Shown: positions 1 to 12,425, counted from the first letter of the stretch. The stretch: DNA of 64,000 nt from Octopus vulgaris (GCA_951406725.2 OX597821.1:66588001-66652000); one strand, 5' to 3'. Numbers and translations are program-made. The notes: a model not told the origin generated them from the letters alone.

Positions 1-1940
1 TCTTTCACTTGAGTTAACACTTCGGATAGTTTGTAGTTCATTCCTACACCTCGGGTAGAAGAAACTCTTGTTGCCATGCTGTACATTTTTAATTGAGTAT
101 ATGTGTTTGTGTTTGTGTGTGTGTGTGTGTTTGCGTGCGCGTGTGGGTATTTAGTTGAGTGTGTGTTCAAATTGTCATTTTCAAAATAATATATACTTGT
201 ATTTCTAGCCATAATGGTTGTAACAGTAAACTCTATGATGTAAACAAACACGCCTACAAAATTATTTTCAGTCGAAAAAGAAACAGAAATTTTCAAAGAA
301 ATAACAGACAATGAAAATATTCGTAATATAAACAGAGTTTGAAGATTAAACATTTACAATGAAAGACACTAATAAAAATAGTATTTGAAATTGTGATTGC
401 TTAAGAAAAAGTTTGTACGATCAGCAACAACAGAACACACTAAAATCAATTCCTCATTCACAAATATTGTGCATTAAACGAATATACTCCACTTCGGCAA
501 CTGCTAATAGAAAGAGAAGGGTTGAACAAGGTATGTTACAAAAGCAGTGCTTCTTTGCCTGACGTTTATATCCGCGAATAGGTGAGGGGTAATGTTACGT
601 CACCGCATTTTTAAAAGCCTAACGAGCATGCATGTGTCCTTGAAAAAGGTGTCGAAGTGAACACTGCATGACGAGTGACAAGATACGTAACTTCTCGGTT
701 GGAAAAGGATACTTGGAATTCTGCGCAGGGGGCGTTTTCCGACAGTCTTATACCACTCTATTGATCACCAAACTGACTTCCAGCGAGGTGTGTAAATAGA
801 AGGAGTTTGCCTGGAGCTCCAAGTTCAGATGACTGTTTTTGACCATAAGCTTATTCTGTACATAAATAGCAGAATTGGCATAAAGAAGAATGATTATTTG
901 CTATTCCAAGTGTCGTAGTATATGTCATTTGATGGGCTTCTGGGCACAAAAATACGTGATGAGAAATAAGAGCGGCACCAGAATTAGCAGAACTATGAAG
1001 AACAAACGCGATAGGTGAAAAGCGCCGAGATTGATATTACTGTATTTAAAGCATAACCGTTTTCATCTCCAGTCGTCGCAAAATTTTAAGGAAACGCAAT
1101 TTCCCTATCTTTAATAACACAAGAGTCAGGGGCCAAGGAATCGAAGGAATCTTCTCCCTGTCTAGTTCAGGATCAATCAGACGACTATAAGCAGAAGCTT
1201 CACTGTTGAATCGCTGGGGAGGAGGTAGAGACTAGAATAGAGTAAAACCTGACGAATATTACAAGAAAAGGACGAAGAAACAAATTTGACAAACGAAGGA
1301 CTAGGTCTCCATCACGGAGGATCACTCACTGCCGCTGTATGCAGTCTATTTGTTTTGATGCTGATCATAATAGGGACTTATTAAATACTGTGCTGATTAA
1401 GAATGTTTGTGTTGCTTTTGTGACTCATTTTTAACTTGTCTTTATACATTCTATTATGTCCTTGCTCCACCTGTGTATATATGTATATATATATGTGCAT
1501 ACCCTATATACAATTTTAATCACTTTTGAGGTCCTGTTTTGGTTAATATTGGAAGGCCCAGTTAAATTACTATTTGTTCCAATACTTTACCGATTTTGTA
1601 AAAATTTCACTGAGGTACAATTTGGCACCCAAGCATCCGGAGTTGATAAATACCTGTCAACTAGTGTTTCGACAAACTGCCCTCCTCTCAAACACGGATC
1701 CGGAATCTGTGGAGGTGATTGCATTACCACCTGTCCTCAGTGTTTTCAAACAGAAAACCGATGAGGAAAGCTAATCAAGGAGCCAAAATTCATGTATTTG
1801 ATACGTAGCCCTACAACTAAGTCGAAAATAAGGAAGTTGAGGTATACATTCCCTGACTGTTGACACAAAATACAAATACTGAGGATACTCTTTGCGGATG
1901 TAACTGTAGACGTCAAACGCTTGTCTGTTGGTTTATGTTG

Positions 1941-2010
<70 letters not shown>

Positions 2011-2039
2011 CAACATAAACCAACATATATATATGTATA

Positions 2040-2556
2040 CCGTAAATCTTCGAGTATAATCCGATTTTTTTCCTAAAATTTCAAGGTCAAAATCCCTAAT
2101 GCATACTATACACGAGGTTAAAAATGAAAATTACTTTCTAAGCAATGTCCGAATCTCTATTTGCTGTCTGGCTATGTTTATTCAGACGCATTTTGTGATG
2201 TCGGGCGCGAAAATACCTTAAGCTAAGCCTGTAAGCAATGAAGTCATAGAAGGATCATTCATAACTTGCAATAAGCAACATTTATTAAACGTTATTACTG
2301 TTAATACTGTTATTTATTTTCTGCAAACAAAATGCACAAAAAGGCTACACGTTTGAATTATGTTATATATACAATAATAATAAAGGACGTTACCATATAC
2401 ATTTTTACAAACCAAGGACGTTATATAGACCTCCTTGACTCAAGTTAGAGAGTGGGGTGCGTATTATACACAAGGTTTAGGTTTTTCAGAGGTACAACCC
2501 CCTAAAAATCCGCTACGTATTATACTCATGGGCGGACTATACTCGAGGATTTACGG
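2040..2556. mobile_element. Non-autonomous Tc2/pogo-like MITE
   Basis: 24-bp terminal inverted repeats CCGTAAATC(T/C)TCGAGTATA(A/G)TCCG with 2 mismatches, flanked by TA at 2038-2039 and 2557-2558; no transposase ORF. Confidence 0.85.
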
Positions 2557-2560
2557 TATA

Positions 2561-2960
2561 CTCTTTACTCTCTTTTACTTGTGTCAGTCATTTGACTGCG
2601 GCCATGCTGGAGCACCGGCTTTTGTCGAGCAAATCGACCCCAGGACTTATTATTTGTAAGCCTAGTACTTATTATATCGGTTGCTTTTGCCGATCCGCTA
2701 GTTTACGGGGACGTAAACACACCAGCACCGGTTGTTAAGCGATGTTGGCGAGACAAACACAGACACACAAACACACACACAAAAATATGTATTATACATA
2801 TGTACAACGGACTTCTTTCAGTTTCCGTCTATCAAATCCACTCATAAGGCTTTGGTCGGGCCGAGGCTATAGCAGAAGACACTTGCCTAACGTGCCATGC
2901 AGTGGAAATGAACACGGAACCATCTTGTTGGTAAGCAAGTTACTTACCACACAGCCACAT
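2561..2960 (-). mobile_element. tRNA-derived SINE, family A (internal microsatellite, LINE-like tail)
   Basis: Reverse complement matches the family A copies at 5139, 12066, 55433 and 63400. Confidence 0.9.
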
Positions 2961-3122
2961 AACAGACGTAACAGGTAGTACAAAATTATAGAAAAGTATT
3001 TATATTTATGTCGTTACATATAAACATTTAACGTATATATATATATATATAATCGTGTACGTATGTATATGTGTGTCTGCGCACGTAGGTGCATAAATTT
3101 ACCGTCTGTTCACACACACACA

Positions 3123-3164
<42 letters not shown>

Positions 3165-3900
3165 GACACACACACACGCTCTCTCTCTCTCTCTTTCACT
3201 CTCTCTCTCTCTCACTCTCTCACACAAACATACACACATTCACACACAGAGTCTTACGTATATATATATAGCACACTGACCTTGCTTTCCCCATCATTTT
3301 CATGCAAATCACTTCACCCCGCGCGTCCCTGAAACAATTTTCGTAACACTTTCTGTTTTTTTTTTATTCTTTTTCATGAATCAACGGTCCCTAGTGGCAA
3401 CTATAAAGGAAGAATTATTATTAACATTATGCAAATGTTCTCTTATTTATTAGAAAACTATGCGAATGTTTTCTACTAACATTCATGAGTTTTTGCCAAA
3501 AGCATACATTATTTATTTTATTTGTCTAGCAAATAAGTAATAATTTTTGATCAGTAAAATATATCGCGCAAATATATAACGTTAAGTGAATTACCTGGAA
3601 ACATTGTTAGCAGAAATAAACATTATAGTGTCTAAAGTAATCGGTCATGTAAACCAGACGCTACTTTTTGTTTTTGTTATTGTTTTCACTTTCATATATA
3701 TATATATATATATATTGCACCATGTGATTATATTTCATGGCTGTTTTGCAGCAAATTAGTTTTAATTTATTTAAAAAAAAATTTTGGTAACTCTATAATG
3801 CAAGCATCTATTAATTTTAAAGAAGTCAAACTCGCCATTTCTCTCTCGGTTGCACCCACGCCACATTCTCTTTCTTTTTCTCTTTCCCATTCTGTATGTA

Positions 3901-3967
<67 letters not shown>

Positions 3968-4249
3968 AAATAAGCAACAAGGATATCCAGAGGTAATGCA
4001 GTACGTTCGTTTCATGCGATTCAGTTTCATTGAACAATCCAAACATTACATCAACTTAAAATGTAGAGCAATCTTCAGCTGCTTAAAAATATATAGAAAT
4101 TAGTTAAATTCTAAGGATTCATTTGTGTAGTTTTCTTTTTATCCAAAATCACAAACGGGATAAGTAGATAGACAAAGAACATGTTTTATCAACATCAGAG
4201 TTGTAACTGAGATTTTTCAATGGAAGACACTGCTTATCATTGATTATAT

Positions 4250-4306
4250 TTGTTATTCAGATTTACTAGTGGGGGTGGTGTTAAACAGACACAGAAACAT
4301 ATACAC

Positions 4307-4353
<47 letters not shown>

Positions 4354-4398
4354 CGTATATATATATATACATACATATATATATATATATACATACAT

Positions 4399-4439
<41 letters not shown>

Positions 4440-4604
4440 CACGAAGGGAGTCTTTCAGTTTCCGTCTAGCAAACCCACTCACAAGGCTTTGGTTGGCCCG
4501 AGGCTATAGCAGAAGATATTTGCCCAAGATGCCACGCAGTGGGACTGAACCCAGAACCATGTGGTTCGTAAGCAAGCTACTTACCGCACAGCCACTCCTA
4601 CGCC
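4250..4604 (-). mobile_element. SINE family A, 5' part
   Basis: Head GGCGTAGGAGTGGCTGTGCGGTAAGTAGC...GGGTTCAGTCCC on minus strand, then body and TA/CA microsatellite. Confidence 0.85.
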
Positions 4605-4623
4605 TATAAAGTTATAGGGAGGC

Positions 4624-4695
4624 TGCCGTGACCAGGATTCGAACCAGGGTTACCACAGCCACAACGTGGCGTCCTAACCACCAGAGGATCACGGC
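4624..4695 (-). tRNA. tRNA-His (GUG), probably a pseudogene
   Basis: 72 nt GCCGTGATCCTCTGGTGGTTAGGACGCCACGTTGTGGCTGTGGTAACCCTGGTTCGAATCCTGGTCACGGCA; intact acceptor stem and GTG anticodon; mismatches in D and T arms; no T4 terminator downstream. Confidence 0.85.
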
Positions 4696-4704
4696 TATGA
4701 ACCT

Positions 4705-5056
4705 CCCAGAACTGGCCGCCATTATATCGTACCAAAGGTACCATCCACTCCATCTAAATTCGGGATCAGATCGTGCAATAATCTAGGATTCAAAGGCACA
4801 CAGCTATCAGCTATTCAATTCCCTGCCGCAAAAAGTAAGAAATCTGCATTAGGTGGTAGTAGAAGTTTTCAAAAAGGAACTAGACATCCTCCCCTCCATA
4901 ATACCGGTGAACCAACCAAATGGGTTCAACAATTGAGACAAAGGCATATACGAGTGTGGTGATGTGAAACACCCCAGACTGAGGAAATCCAAATGACCAC
5001 GGTGGTGTTCCAGTATGACCGCAGCTGCATGGCCGAAACGAATAAATGAATAAAGG
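4705..5056 (+). mobile_element. CR1/L2-group LINE 3' fragment
   Basis: Decayed translation GRHYIVPKVP...LGFKGTQL-FNSLPQKVRNLH..VEVFKKELD resembles ORF2 C-terminus; 3'UTR GGTGGTGTTCCAGTATGACCGCAGCT..GGCCGAAAC. Confidence 0.75.
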
Positions 5057-5138
5057 AATCTTTGCATACATACACATATATAAATGTATACATATAACCA
5101 CGTACAAACATATAAATGTGAATAAATATAAGCACATA

Positions 5139-5299
5139 CCGCAGGAGTGGCTGTGTGGTAAGTAGCTTGCTTACCAACCACATGGTTTCGGGTTCAGTCC
5201 CACTGCGTGGCATCTTGGGCAAGTGTCTTTTACTATAGCCTCGGGCCGACCAAAGCCTTGTGAGTGGATTTGGTAGACGGAAACTGAAAGAAGCCTGTC

Positions 5300-5343
<44 letters not shown>

Positions 5344-5565
5344 ATTTTTGTGTGTCTGTGTTTGTTCCCCTAGCATTGCTTGACAACCGATGCTGGTGTG
5401 TTTATGTCCCCGTCACTTAGCGGTTCGGCAAAAGACACCAATAGAATAAGTACTGGGCTTACAAAAGAATAAACCCGGGGTTGATTTGCTCGACTAAAGG
5501 CGGTGCTCCAGCATGGCCACAGTCAAATGACTGAAACAAGTAAAAGAGTAAAAGAGTAAAGAGTA
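5139..5565 (+). mobile_element. SINE family A, near full length
   Basis: tRNA-like head with A/B boxes, TCTTGGGCAAGTG core start, central (TA)n, tail GGTGCTCCAGCATGGCCACAGTCAAATGACTGAAAC, terminal (AGTAAAAG)n. Confidence 0.92.
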
Positions 5566-5891
5566 TACCAATATATACATATACATACATTGAAAACTAA
5601 TTTAAAAGCCCTAAGAAGCAAATAGGAGAGAAATATTGCGTGCAATTTTAGAGCTAAGTACTCAATATAAAACAGAAAAGAATATATTCAGTTTTTAGAG
5701 ATAAAATATATTAAAATGCAATTACTGGCTGTATAAAAAGAAACGTGAAAATACATTTCAAAATTGGAGACATACATACATAAATACATACACACATACA
5801 TACATACATACATGAATATATACAAACATGCTTACTTACGAATTGCGTATGTGACAATCTGGTGAAAAATAAATCAACAAGCTTCAACATA

Positions 5892-6145
5892 GACGCAAGA
5901 GTGGCTATGTGGTAAGTAGCTTGCTTACCAACCACATGGTTCCGGGTTCATTCTCACTGCGTGGCACCTTGCGCAAGTGTATTCTACTATAGTCTCGGGC
6001 CAACCAAAGCCTTTTTGAGTGGATTTGGTAGACGGAAACTGAAAGAAGCCCGTCGTATATATGTATATGTATTTGTATATGTATGTGTGTGTATATGTTT
6101 GTGTCTGTGTTTGTCTCCTCAACATCGCTTGACAACTGATGCTAA
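5892..6145 (+). mobile_element. SINE family A, 3'-truncated
   Basis: Head and body match 5139 copy; ends at a (TA)n tract. Confidence 0.88.
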
Positions 6146-6147
6146 AC

Positions 6148-6203
<56 letters not shown>

Positions 6204-6263
6204 TTCATTTTATAGAAGGAGCTTCTACAGGACTAGAACTGTTTCATTCAGATCAAATCTTCA

Positions 6264-6318
6264 GGAGCTTCCTGAAGATTTCATCTGAATGAAACAGTTC
6301 TAGTCCTGTAGAAGCTCC
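6264..6318 (+). ncRNA. Type I hammerhead ribozyme motif in a palindromic cassette
   Basis: GGAGCUUC-CUGAAGA-U(UUC AUCU GAA)U-GAAA-CAG(UUCUAGUC)CUG-UA-GAAGCUCC: 8-bp stem I, complete core, GUA triplet; inverted second copy at about 6219-6272. Confidence 0.75.
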
Positions 6319-6429
6319 ATTCTATAAAATAAATTACTTTACTCTGCTATGTATTGAGTACCTTATTTACTGTGGTTAACTCCGATTCAACCCGGGACCT
6401 ACATATATATATATATATATATATATATA

Positions 6430-6825
6430 CTTGCAGTATCGTCCGTCGTTGCTCGGGTTTGTTTCGACCCTTTAGAATTGGAATTTTTCAAAAGGTAAAA
6501 ATTTTGCATTATGTAGCTTGTTATGCTCTTTAAGTGAACATTTTTCTAGTGGAAATACACCGAAAAATGGCGACACACCAGTCAAAAAATCGTAAGAATG
6601 AAGGATTTTCATAGAAATAAAGCAACTTTTTAATGTAAATAATTTTTAGTGTTTACATGGTCCGATTTTAATTTTATCTTCTACGGAATGAAGAGCAAGC
6701 CTTCTTCTATCATACTCTCAATTTTGGTCAACTTGCGTCACAGGGTCTCGGAGGAGATAGTGTTAGTTGAAGGCTACCAAACCTGCCATACACAGACAAC
6801 TTCAACTTTATATATATATATAAAT
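6430..6825 (-). mobile_element. Non-autonomous Helitron
   Basis: Minus strand begins in TATATATAAAGTTGAAGTTGTCTGTG and ends with GC-rich hairpin CCCGAGCAACGACGGA then CAAG|T (decayed CTAG). Confidence 0.65.
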
Positions 6826-6836
6826 ATATCATATAT

Positions 6837-7009
<173 letters not shown>

Positions 7010-7019
7010 TATATAGTAA

Positions 7020-7270
7020 TACAGAGACAGAGACAGAGACAAGTGGAAACAAGCAAAGTGTCCCTTGTATTTGAATGCAATGCAAATATTCTTTTAAAAA
7101 ACTTTTCATTTAACTTTTCCAAAATTTAACTGTTTTCCATACTTACAGCTGAAAAAGTCTCAATGACCGAAACCGGCACTGGAATGTTTTTTATAAGATT
7201 AGTTTAGCATTTTCTACCTTGGCTTTTTTCCTTAATTCCATTTCTGCTACTTTAAAATTATTTATTTAAA
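7020..7270 (+). mobile_element. PLE pseudo-LTR-like cassette with degenerate hammerhead (7146-7181)
   Basis: CAG-CUGAAAA-AGUC(UCAAU)GACC-GAAA-CCGG-CA-CUG; follows a long (TA)n; same architecture as the motif in the PLE 3'UTR at 60419-60448. Confidence 0.5.
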
Positions 7271-7381
7271 TATATCTGTTTCGGTATCACTGGAGGGGTG
7301 TCCGATCTGATCCCGTGACATTCAATTTTAGTTAAAATAACAGACAAATCAGGCGATCTACGAACACAGCAAAATGGTTGT

Positions 7382-8374
7382 TTATTTTTCGTCGCAGTGT
7401 AGAACTGGTGTACGTGTTCTTTGGAGATGATTTTCACGTGCGTCGCTCGCAATGAGTATATCATCGACATAGGCAAACACAAAGTCAAGACCGCGGACAA
7501 CCTCATCAATGAAGCGCTGGAAAGTGCTGGTAGCATTCCGCAAACCGAAACTCATATACAAAAACTCAAAACACCCAGAGGGGGTATTGATCGCAGTTTT
7601 CGGAACGTCGGCTGGGTTGATCGGTATTTGATGATACGCGCGTATAAGGTCGACCTTCGAAAAAATGGTACAACCATGGAGATACGCCGTAAAATCCTGC
7701 AGAATTCTGATGGGATAGCGATCGGCTATTGTTACAGCATTGAGGCGTCGATAGTCTCCTACCGGGCGAAAATCAGACTCGCCCTTTCGCTCCAAATGAA
7801 GGGGAGACGCCCATGGGCTGGTGGAGGGGCGTATAAGGCCAAGTTGGAGCATGTGCTCAAACTCGGCCCAAGCCGCTTTTAGATGGTCAGGCGCAAGGCG
7901 CCGTGGGCGCGAAAAAACAGGCGGCTCAGTGGTGGTGATAAAATGAAGGGTCGAGTGGGTAGGCTTTTCCGGTTGAAAGGCAATGTCCACTAGCTCCGGA
8001 AATGAACCCAAAAGAGAGTGAAAAGCGTCTCCAGAGGTGGCAACAAAGAATGTCGGGCTAAGGACCGCATTGGTGGAACTCCTAATCGGCGTAGAGAGCG
8101 ACGTCGTGCTGTCAAGAAGCCTCCGACGACTGACATCCACCAATAGATTAAACCTATCCAAGAAATCAGCGCCGAGAATAGGATGCGGGATGCCAGCGAT
8201 GACGAAAACCCATTGAAAATCTCGACGAAGATTAATGTCGAGGCGCAGCGAAATCTGACCGAAGGTGGATATAGGAGACGAGTCAATGGCATGCAACACA
8301 ATTGAAGAACGCTTGGGCTTGTCTGCAGTTAGACGAAGGGGCCAGATGCTGCGACAAGAGCCGGTGTCCACCAT
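7382..8374 (-). pseudogene. pol: Gypsy pol fragment: aspartic protease plus truncated reverse transcriptase
   Basis: VDTGSCRS, PILGADFL, SPWASPLH, GDYRRLN, KVDLIRAYHQI, FGLRNA, YVDDILI motifs; breaks off just after YVDD. Confidence 0.92.
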
Positions 8375-8459
8375 GAAGAATTTCTTCGAAACCAGATCTT
8401 TTACAAAGATTTTTAGGAAGCGAAAAGGAAGAAGGTGCCGTGCTCACCTCCTCCGGATG

Positions 8460-8948
8460 AAGTTTCCTGAGGGCTGAAAAGTGCGCGGCTGAGTACACCG
8501 TTCTGCCTTATCGGCATACTTTGAATGGTACCAGCACCAGCCGGAACGAGAAACAGAGTCACTCCGACTACGAGAAACAGAGCCACTCCGACTACGACTG
8601 CGTGGTCGGCGCCAGATCGCACGGCACAGATCATCGATTCGCTGCGTAAGCGCATCGATCCTCTCGACTTAAGAACTTTGCGTCGGAGAAGCTGTCGGAG
8701 GGGACTCTGTACATGCGTACAGGCCTCGCGATGGAGATGGTCCCGAAAATTCTAATATCTTATCGGCCATCGTGGCAATCTGGTCTACTGAAACAGACTC
8801 CAGTGCCGTGGCCAACATTGTCTGCACGTGGGCAGGCAACCTGGAGAAGAAAATCTTCCGCAAGAGTGGTGCGTCTGCTGCGTTTCCGCTTAGTTCCCTT
8901 AGGTGACGCAGGAACTGGGAGGGAGTCCTGTTCCCCAACTGTTCATAT
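8460..8948 (-). pseudogene. gag: Gypsy gag fragment
   Basis: ORF 8669-8953 (PSQFLRHLREL...LPAHVQTML...ADKI) followed after a stop by an SR-rich stretch and WCWYHSKYADKAERC. Confidence 0.8.
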
Positions 8949-8949
8949 G

Positions 8950-9174
8950 CCATCAGTGGGTTTCTTTAAAACTAAACTGGATCTCTTCTTGTCGGGAGTC
9001 CCAGATGAACCTACCTCACGATAGGAGACGCAGATTCGGGCAGCAGTATCGAACTCCCTTGTTGATCAAGTGCCACGTATCAGAGGTGGATTCACATATT
9101 AGTGTAGCTCATTCAACGGTGGTGCCCCAGCATGGCCGCGGCCTTCGGGCTAAAACATTTTTAAGGATTTAAGG

Positions 9175-9180
<6 letters not shown>
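8950..9180 (+). mobile_element. CR1/L2-group LINE 3' end
   Basis: FKTKLDLFLSGVPDEP...AAVSNSLVDQ then 3'UTR GGTGGTGCCCCAGCATGGCCGCGGCCTTCGGGCTAAAAC and (TTTAAGGA)n tail. Confidence 0.8.
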
Positions 9181-9226
<46 letters not shown>

Positions 9227-9740
9227 TCACACACACAAGCAGATATATGTACGTGGTGAGCTTCCATACAGTTGCAGGCGACCTAAGTCACTCACAAGGC
9301 GTTGGTTGGCCTAACGGGATAGTGGAAGTCTTTCGCACACGTTGCCGCGCAGTGAGATTCAACTGAACATCATGTGGTTGAAAAGTAAGATTTTTCATCA
9401 CACAGCATTTCCTGTGCTTAACTGCAAACTTTACGCCCTTATATGGATGGTTTCCCTCGTTATATGTTCTAAATCTACAATAATTATAACGTACATTTTG
9501 CAGAATCCATCGGGTATCAAACAAAATTTCTTACGTTACTTTGTTACAGGCTGTTCAAGCCTGAGTTTCGATCGCGCCAAATTCAGCTTTATTCCGGTGG
9601 GGTCAATTAATTACTTGCAAATTGCTTGGTTGATTCTGTAGAATGTGTTATTTTCAATTTCATTTTTTTTTATAGCTTTAAAAATGTTTAATATTAGAAA
9701 AAAGAAATATCCAGGAACTCTTACAATATATATATATATC

Positions 9741-9805
<65 letters not shown>

Positions 9806-9826
9806 CATACATATATATATATATAT

Positions 9827-9884
<58 letters not shown>

Positions 9885-9976
9885 ACATATATCCATCCAT
9901 CCATCTATTCATACATATGTATGTATGAATATATATATTTATTATTAGTGGAGAGTTATATGTACACACACACACG

Positions 9977-10017
<41 letters not shown>

Positions 10018-10689
10018 CCATACACTCAAACACAGATATACACGCATACATATATACATATATGTATATATGCATACACTTATACACACTTATATACATA
10101 TGTGTATGTGTGCGTTCGTGTGTATGTGAATGTGTGTGCGCGTGAGTGTGTTTGGGCATGTGTGTTCGTGTGTGTGTGTGTGTATAGAAGCTCAGGAAGT
10201 CACAAATATAACAAATTTTATCAGCAAATATATATAATTTCAGGAATATTAGCCCTTGACCCATTTCTTTTTTTATTTTCATTTGAAAATGCTGATAAAA
10301 GAAACCTTACTTGAAATTACAGAGAAATACCTATTGCTCTTAAGAGTACATTTTACTTACTTGGACGATGCGTGGTCGAATGGTTACGAGGTTTGCTTCG
10401 CAATCATGTGGTTGTAGGTTCGATTCCAAAGCGTGGCATCGTTGGCAGATATTTTGTGTCACATTTTGAGGTTGATTTATGACTGGTTAGTTATATTTAG
10501 TAGATGAAAACTGTAGGGAAGCCCGTTCGGAGATAGATTGTAGATGCAAATCAAAGGATCTTCTTGTCACAGACTATGTCCCCGTTATGCTGATTCCGCC
10601 TGACAATCACATTTGTATACACGAATCTGAGGAATATGCAGCCAGTTGCTAATTCAGTAAAAGGTTGCACGAAAGTTAAACACTCGTGA

Positions 10690-10865
10690 GAGAAAACGAG
10701 GCTGGACCAAATGCTTAGCGGTATTTCGCCCGTCTCAACGTCCTGGGTTCAAATTCCACAGAGGTCAACTTTGTCATTCATCTTTTCGGGGTCGATAAAT
10801 TAAGTATCAGCGAAACATTGGTGTCGATGTAATCGACTGGCCCCTTGTGCCTATAGTAGAAAGGC
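10690..10865 (+). mobile_element. SINE family B
   Basis: GCTTAGCGGTATTTCG...GGTTCAAATTCC...TCATCTTTTCGGGGTCGATAAATTAAGTA shared with 16810, 18470, 21815, 58060. Confidence 0.8.
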
Positions 10866-10921
10866 TTAAACGTGTAAACCCTGTTAGGGTATAATTTACT
10901 TCACCTGCATCATTAACATAT

Positions 10922-11091
10922 AGGCATAGGAGCGGCTGTGTGGTAACTAGCTTGCTTACCAACCACATGGTTCTGGGTTCAGTCCCACTGCGTGGCACCT
11001 TGGTTAAGTGTCTTCTACTATAAACTCGGGCCAACCAAAGCCTTGTGAGTGGATTTGGTAGACGAAAACTGAAAGAAGCCCGTTGTATATA

Positions 11092-11161
<70 letters not shown>

Positions 11162-11355
11162 ATTTGTTTGTGTGTCTGTGTTTGTCCCCCCCCAACATCG
11201 CTTGGTCTGTTGTTTGCCTTCCCGTAATCGGCAAGAGAAACCGATAGAATAAGTACTAGGATTACAATGTATATAAGTCTTTGGGTCGATTTGCTCGACT
11301 AAAGGCGGTGCTCAAGCATAGCCGCAGTCAAATGACTGAAACAAATAAAAGAATA
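10922..11355 (+). mobile_element. SINE family A
   Basis: Full head-body-(TA)(TG)-tail organisation. Confidence 0.9.
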
Positions 11356-11639
11356 GCTATTCCGTATTTGGAATGCGTGAAGGCTTCATTTTGTTCTATT
11401 TCCCTTTATTTATCTCACATTAAACCGTTATACTTTAATTAGCACTTCGATGATAGATAACGAAGTATGTCAATAATGGCGTACAAATATTTTTCTTGCC
11501 CAGCTCTTGTGCAGACCAGAATGAATGAAGATCTACGATGAAAGCAATTCAAGCCATTACAATCCAGTTGTTTCCTCTCGTAGTTTGTGTACCTAGGGCT
11601 ATATCGTTAAATCTTTCTCTTTCTTCCTTTCCATCTTTC

Positions 11640-11741
11640 TTTCTTTTTTGTTTTGTTTGTTTGTTTGTTTCTTTCTTTCTTTCTTTCGTTCTTTCTTTCT
11701 TTCTCTCTCTGGCTCACTCTCTCTCTCTATGTATATGTGTA

Positions 11742-11828
<87 letters not shown>

Positions 11829-11872
11829 ATGTCTGTCTGTCTGTCTGTCTGTATGTATGTATGTATGTCTGC

Positions 11873-11919
<47 letters not shown>

Positions 11920-11959
11920 TCTATCCATCTATCTATCTATCTGTTTATCTGTATATCTT

Positions 11960-12043
<84 letters not shown>

Positions 12044-12062
12044 TATATCTATCTATTTATAT
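11640..12062. repeat. Compound tetranucleotide microsatellite (TCTA/TCTG/TATG)
   Basis: Directly visible; many similar arrays elsewhere, e.g. 25575-26050, 53310-53600, 59072-59240. Confidence 0.97.
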
Positions 12063-12065
12063 ATA

Positions 12066-12425
12066 GGCGCAAGATTGGCTGTGTGGTGAGTAGCTTGCTT
12101 ACCAACCATATGGTTCCGGGTTCAGTCCCACTGCGTGGCACCTTGGGCAGGTGTCTTCTACTATAGCCTCGGGCCGACCAAAGCCGTATGAGTGGATTTG
12201 GTAGTCGGAAACTGAAAGAAGCCCGTATGTATATATATGTGTGTGTTTGTGTGTCTGTATGTCCCCCTACCATCGCTTGACAACTGATGCTGGTGTGTTT
12301 TCGTCCCCGTAACTTAGCGGTTCTGCAAAAGTGTCCGATAGAATAACTAGTAGGCTTACAAAGAATAAGTCCTGGGATCGATTTGCTCGACTAAAGGCGG
12401 TGTTCCAGCATGTCCACAATCAAAT
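12066..12425 (+). mobile_element. SINE family A
   Basis: Matches family consensus. Confidence 0.9.

Larger units (their letters stand above)
7291..8948 (-). mobile_element. Gypsy LTR retrotransposon remnant (CsRn1-like), internally deleted
   Basis: gag (LGNRTPSQFLRHL), CWYHx9Cx3(C>R) knuckle, GGAAAC slippery site, protease DTG, RT to YVDD, then AATAAA and a probable LTR end ...CCCCTCCA at 7291. Confidence 0.9.

Noticed and set aside
540-1900. Unique, less AT-rich sequence with short ORFs (1456-1764)
   Set aside because: No recognisable domain or convincing splice-site pair by eye; needs a homology search
5510-5545. SINE A tail AGTC-AAAT-GACT-GAAAC-AA-GTA resembling the 3' half of a hammerhead
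   Set aside because: No CUGANGA upstream in any copy and no stem I; better explained as the LINE-recognition stem-loop
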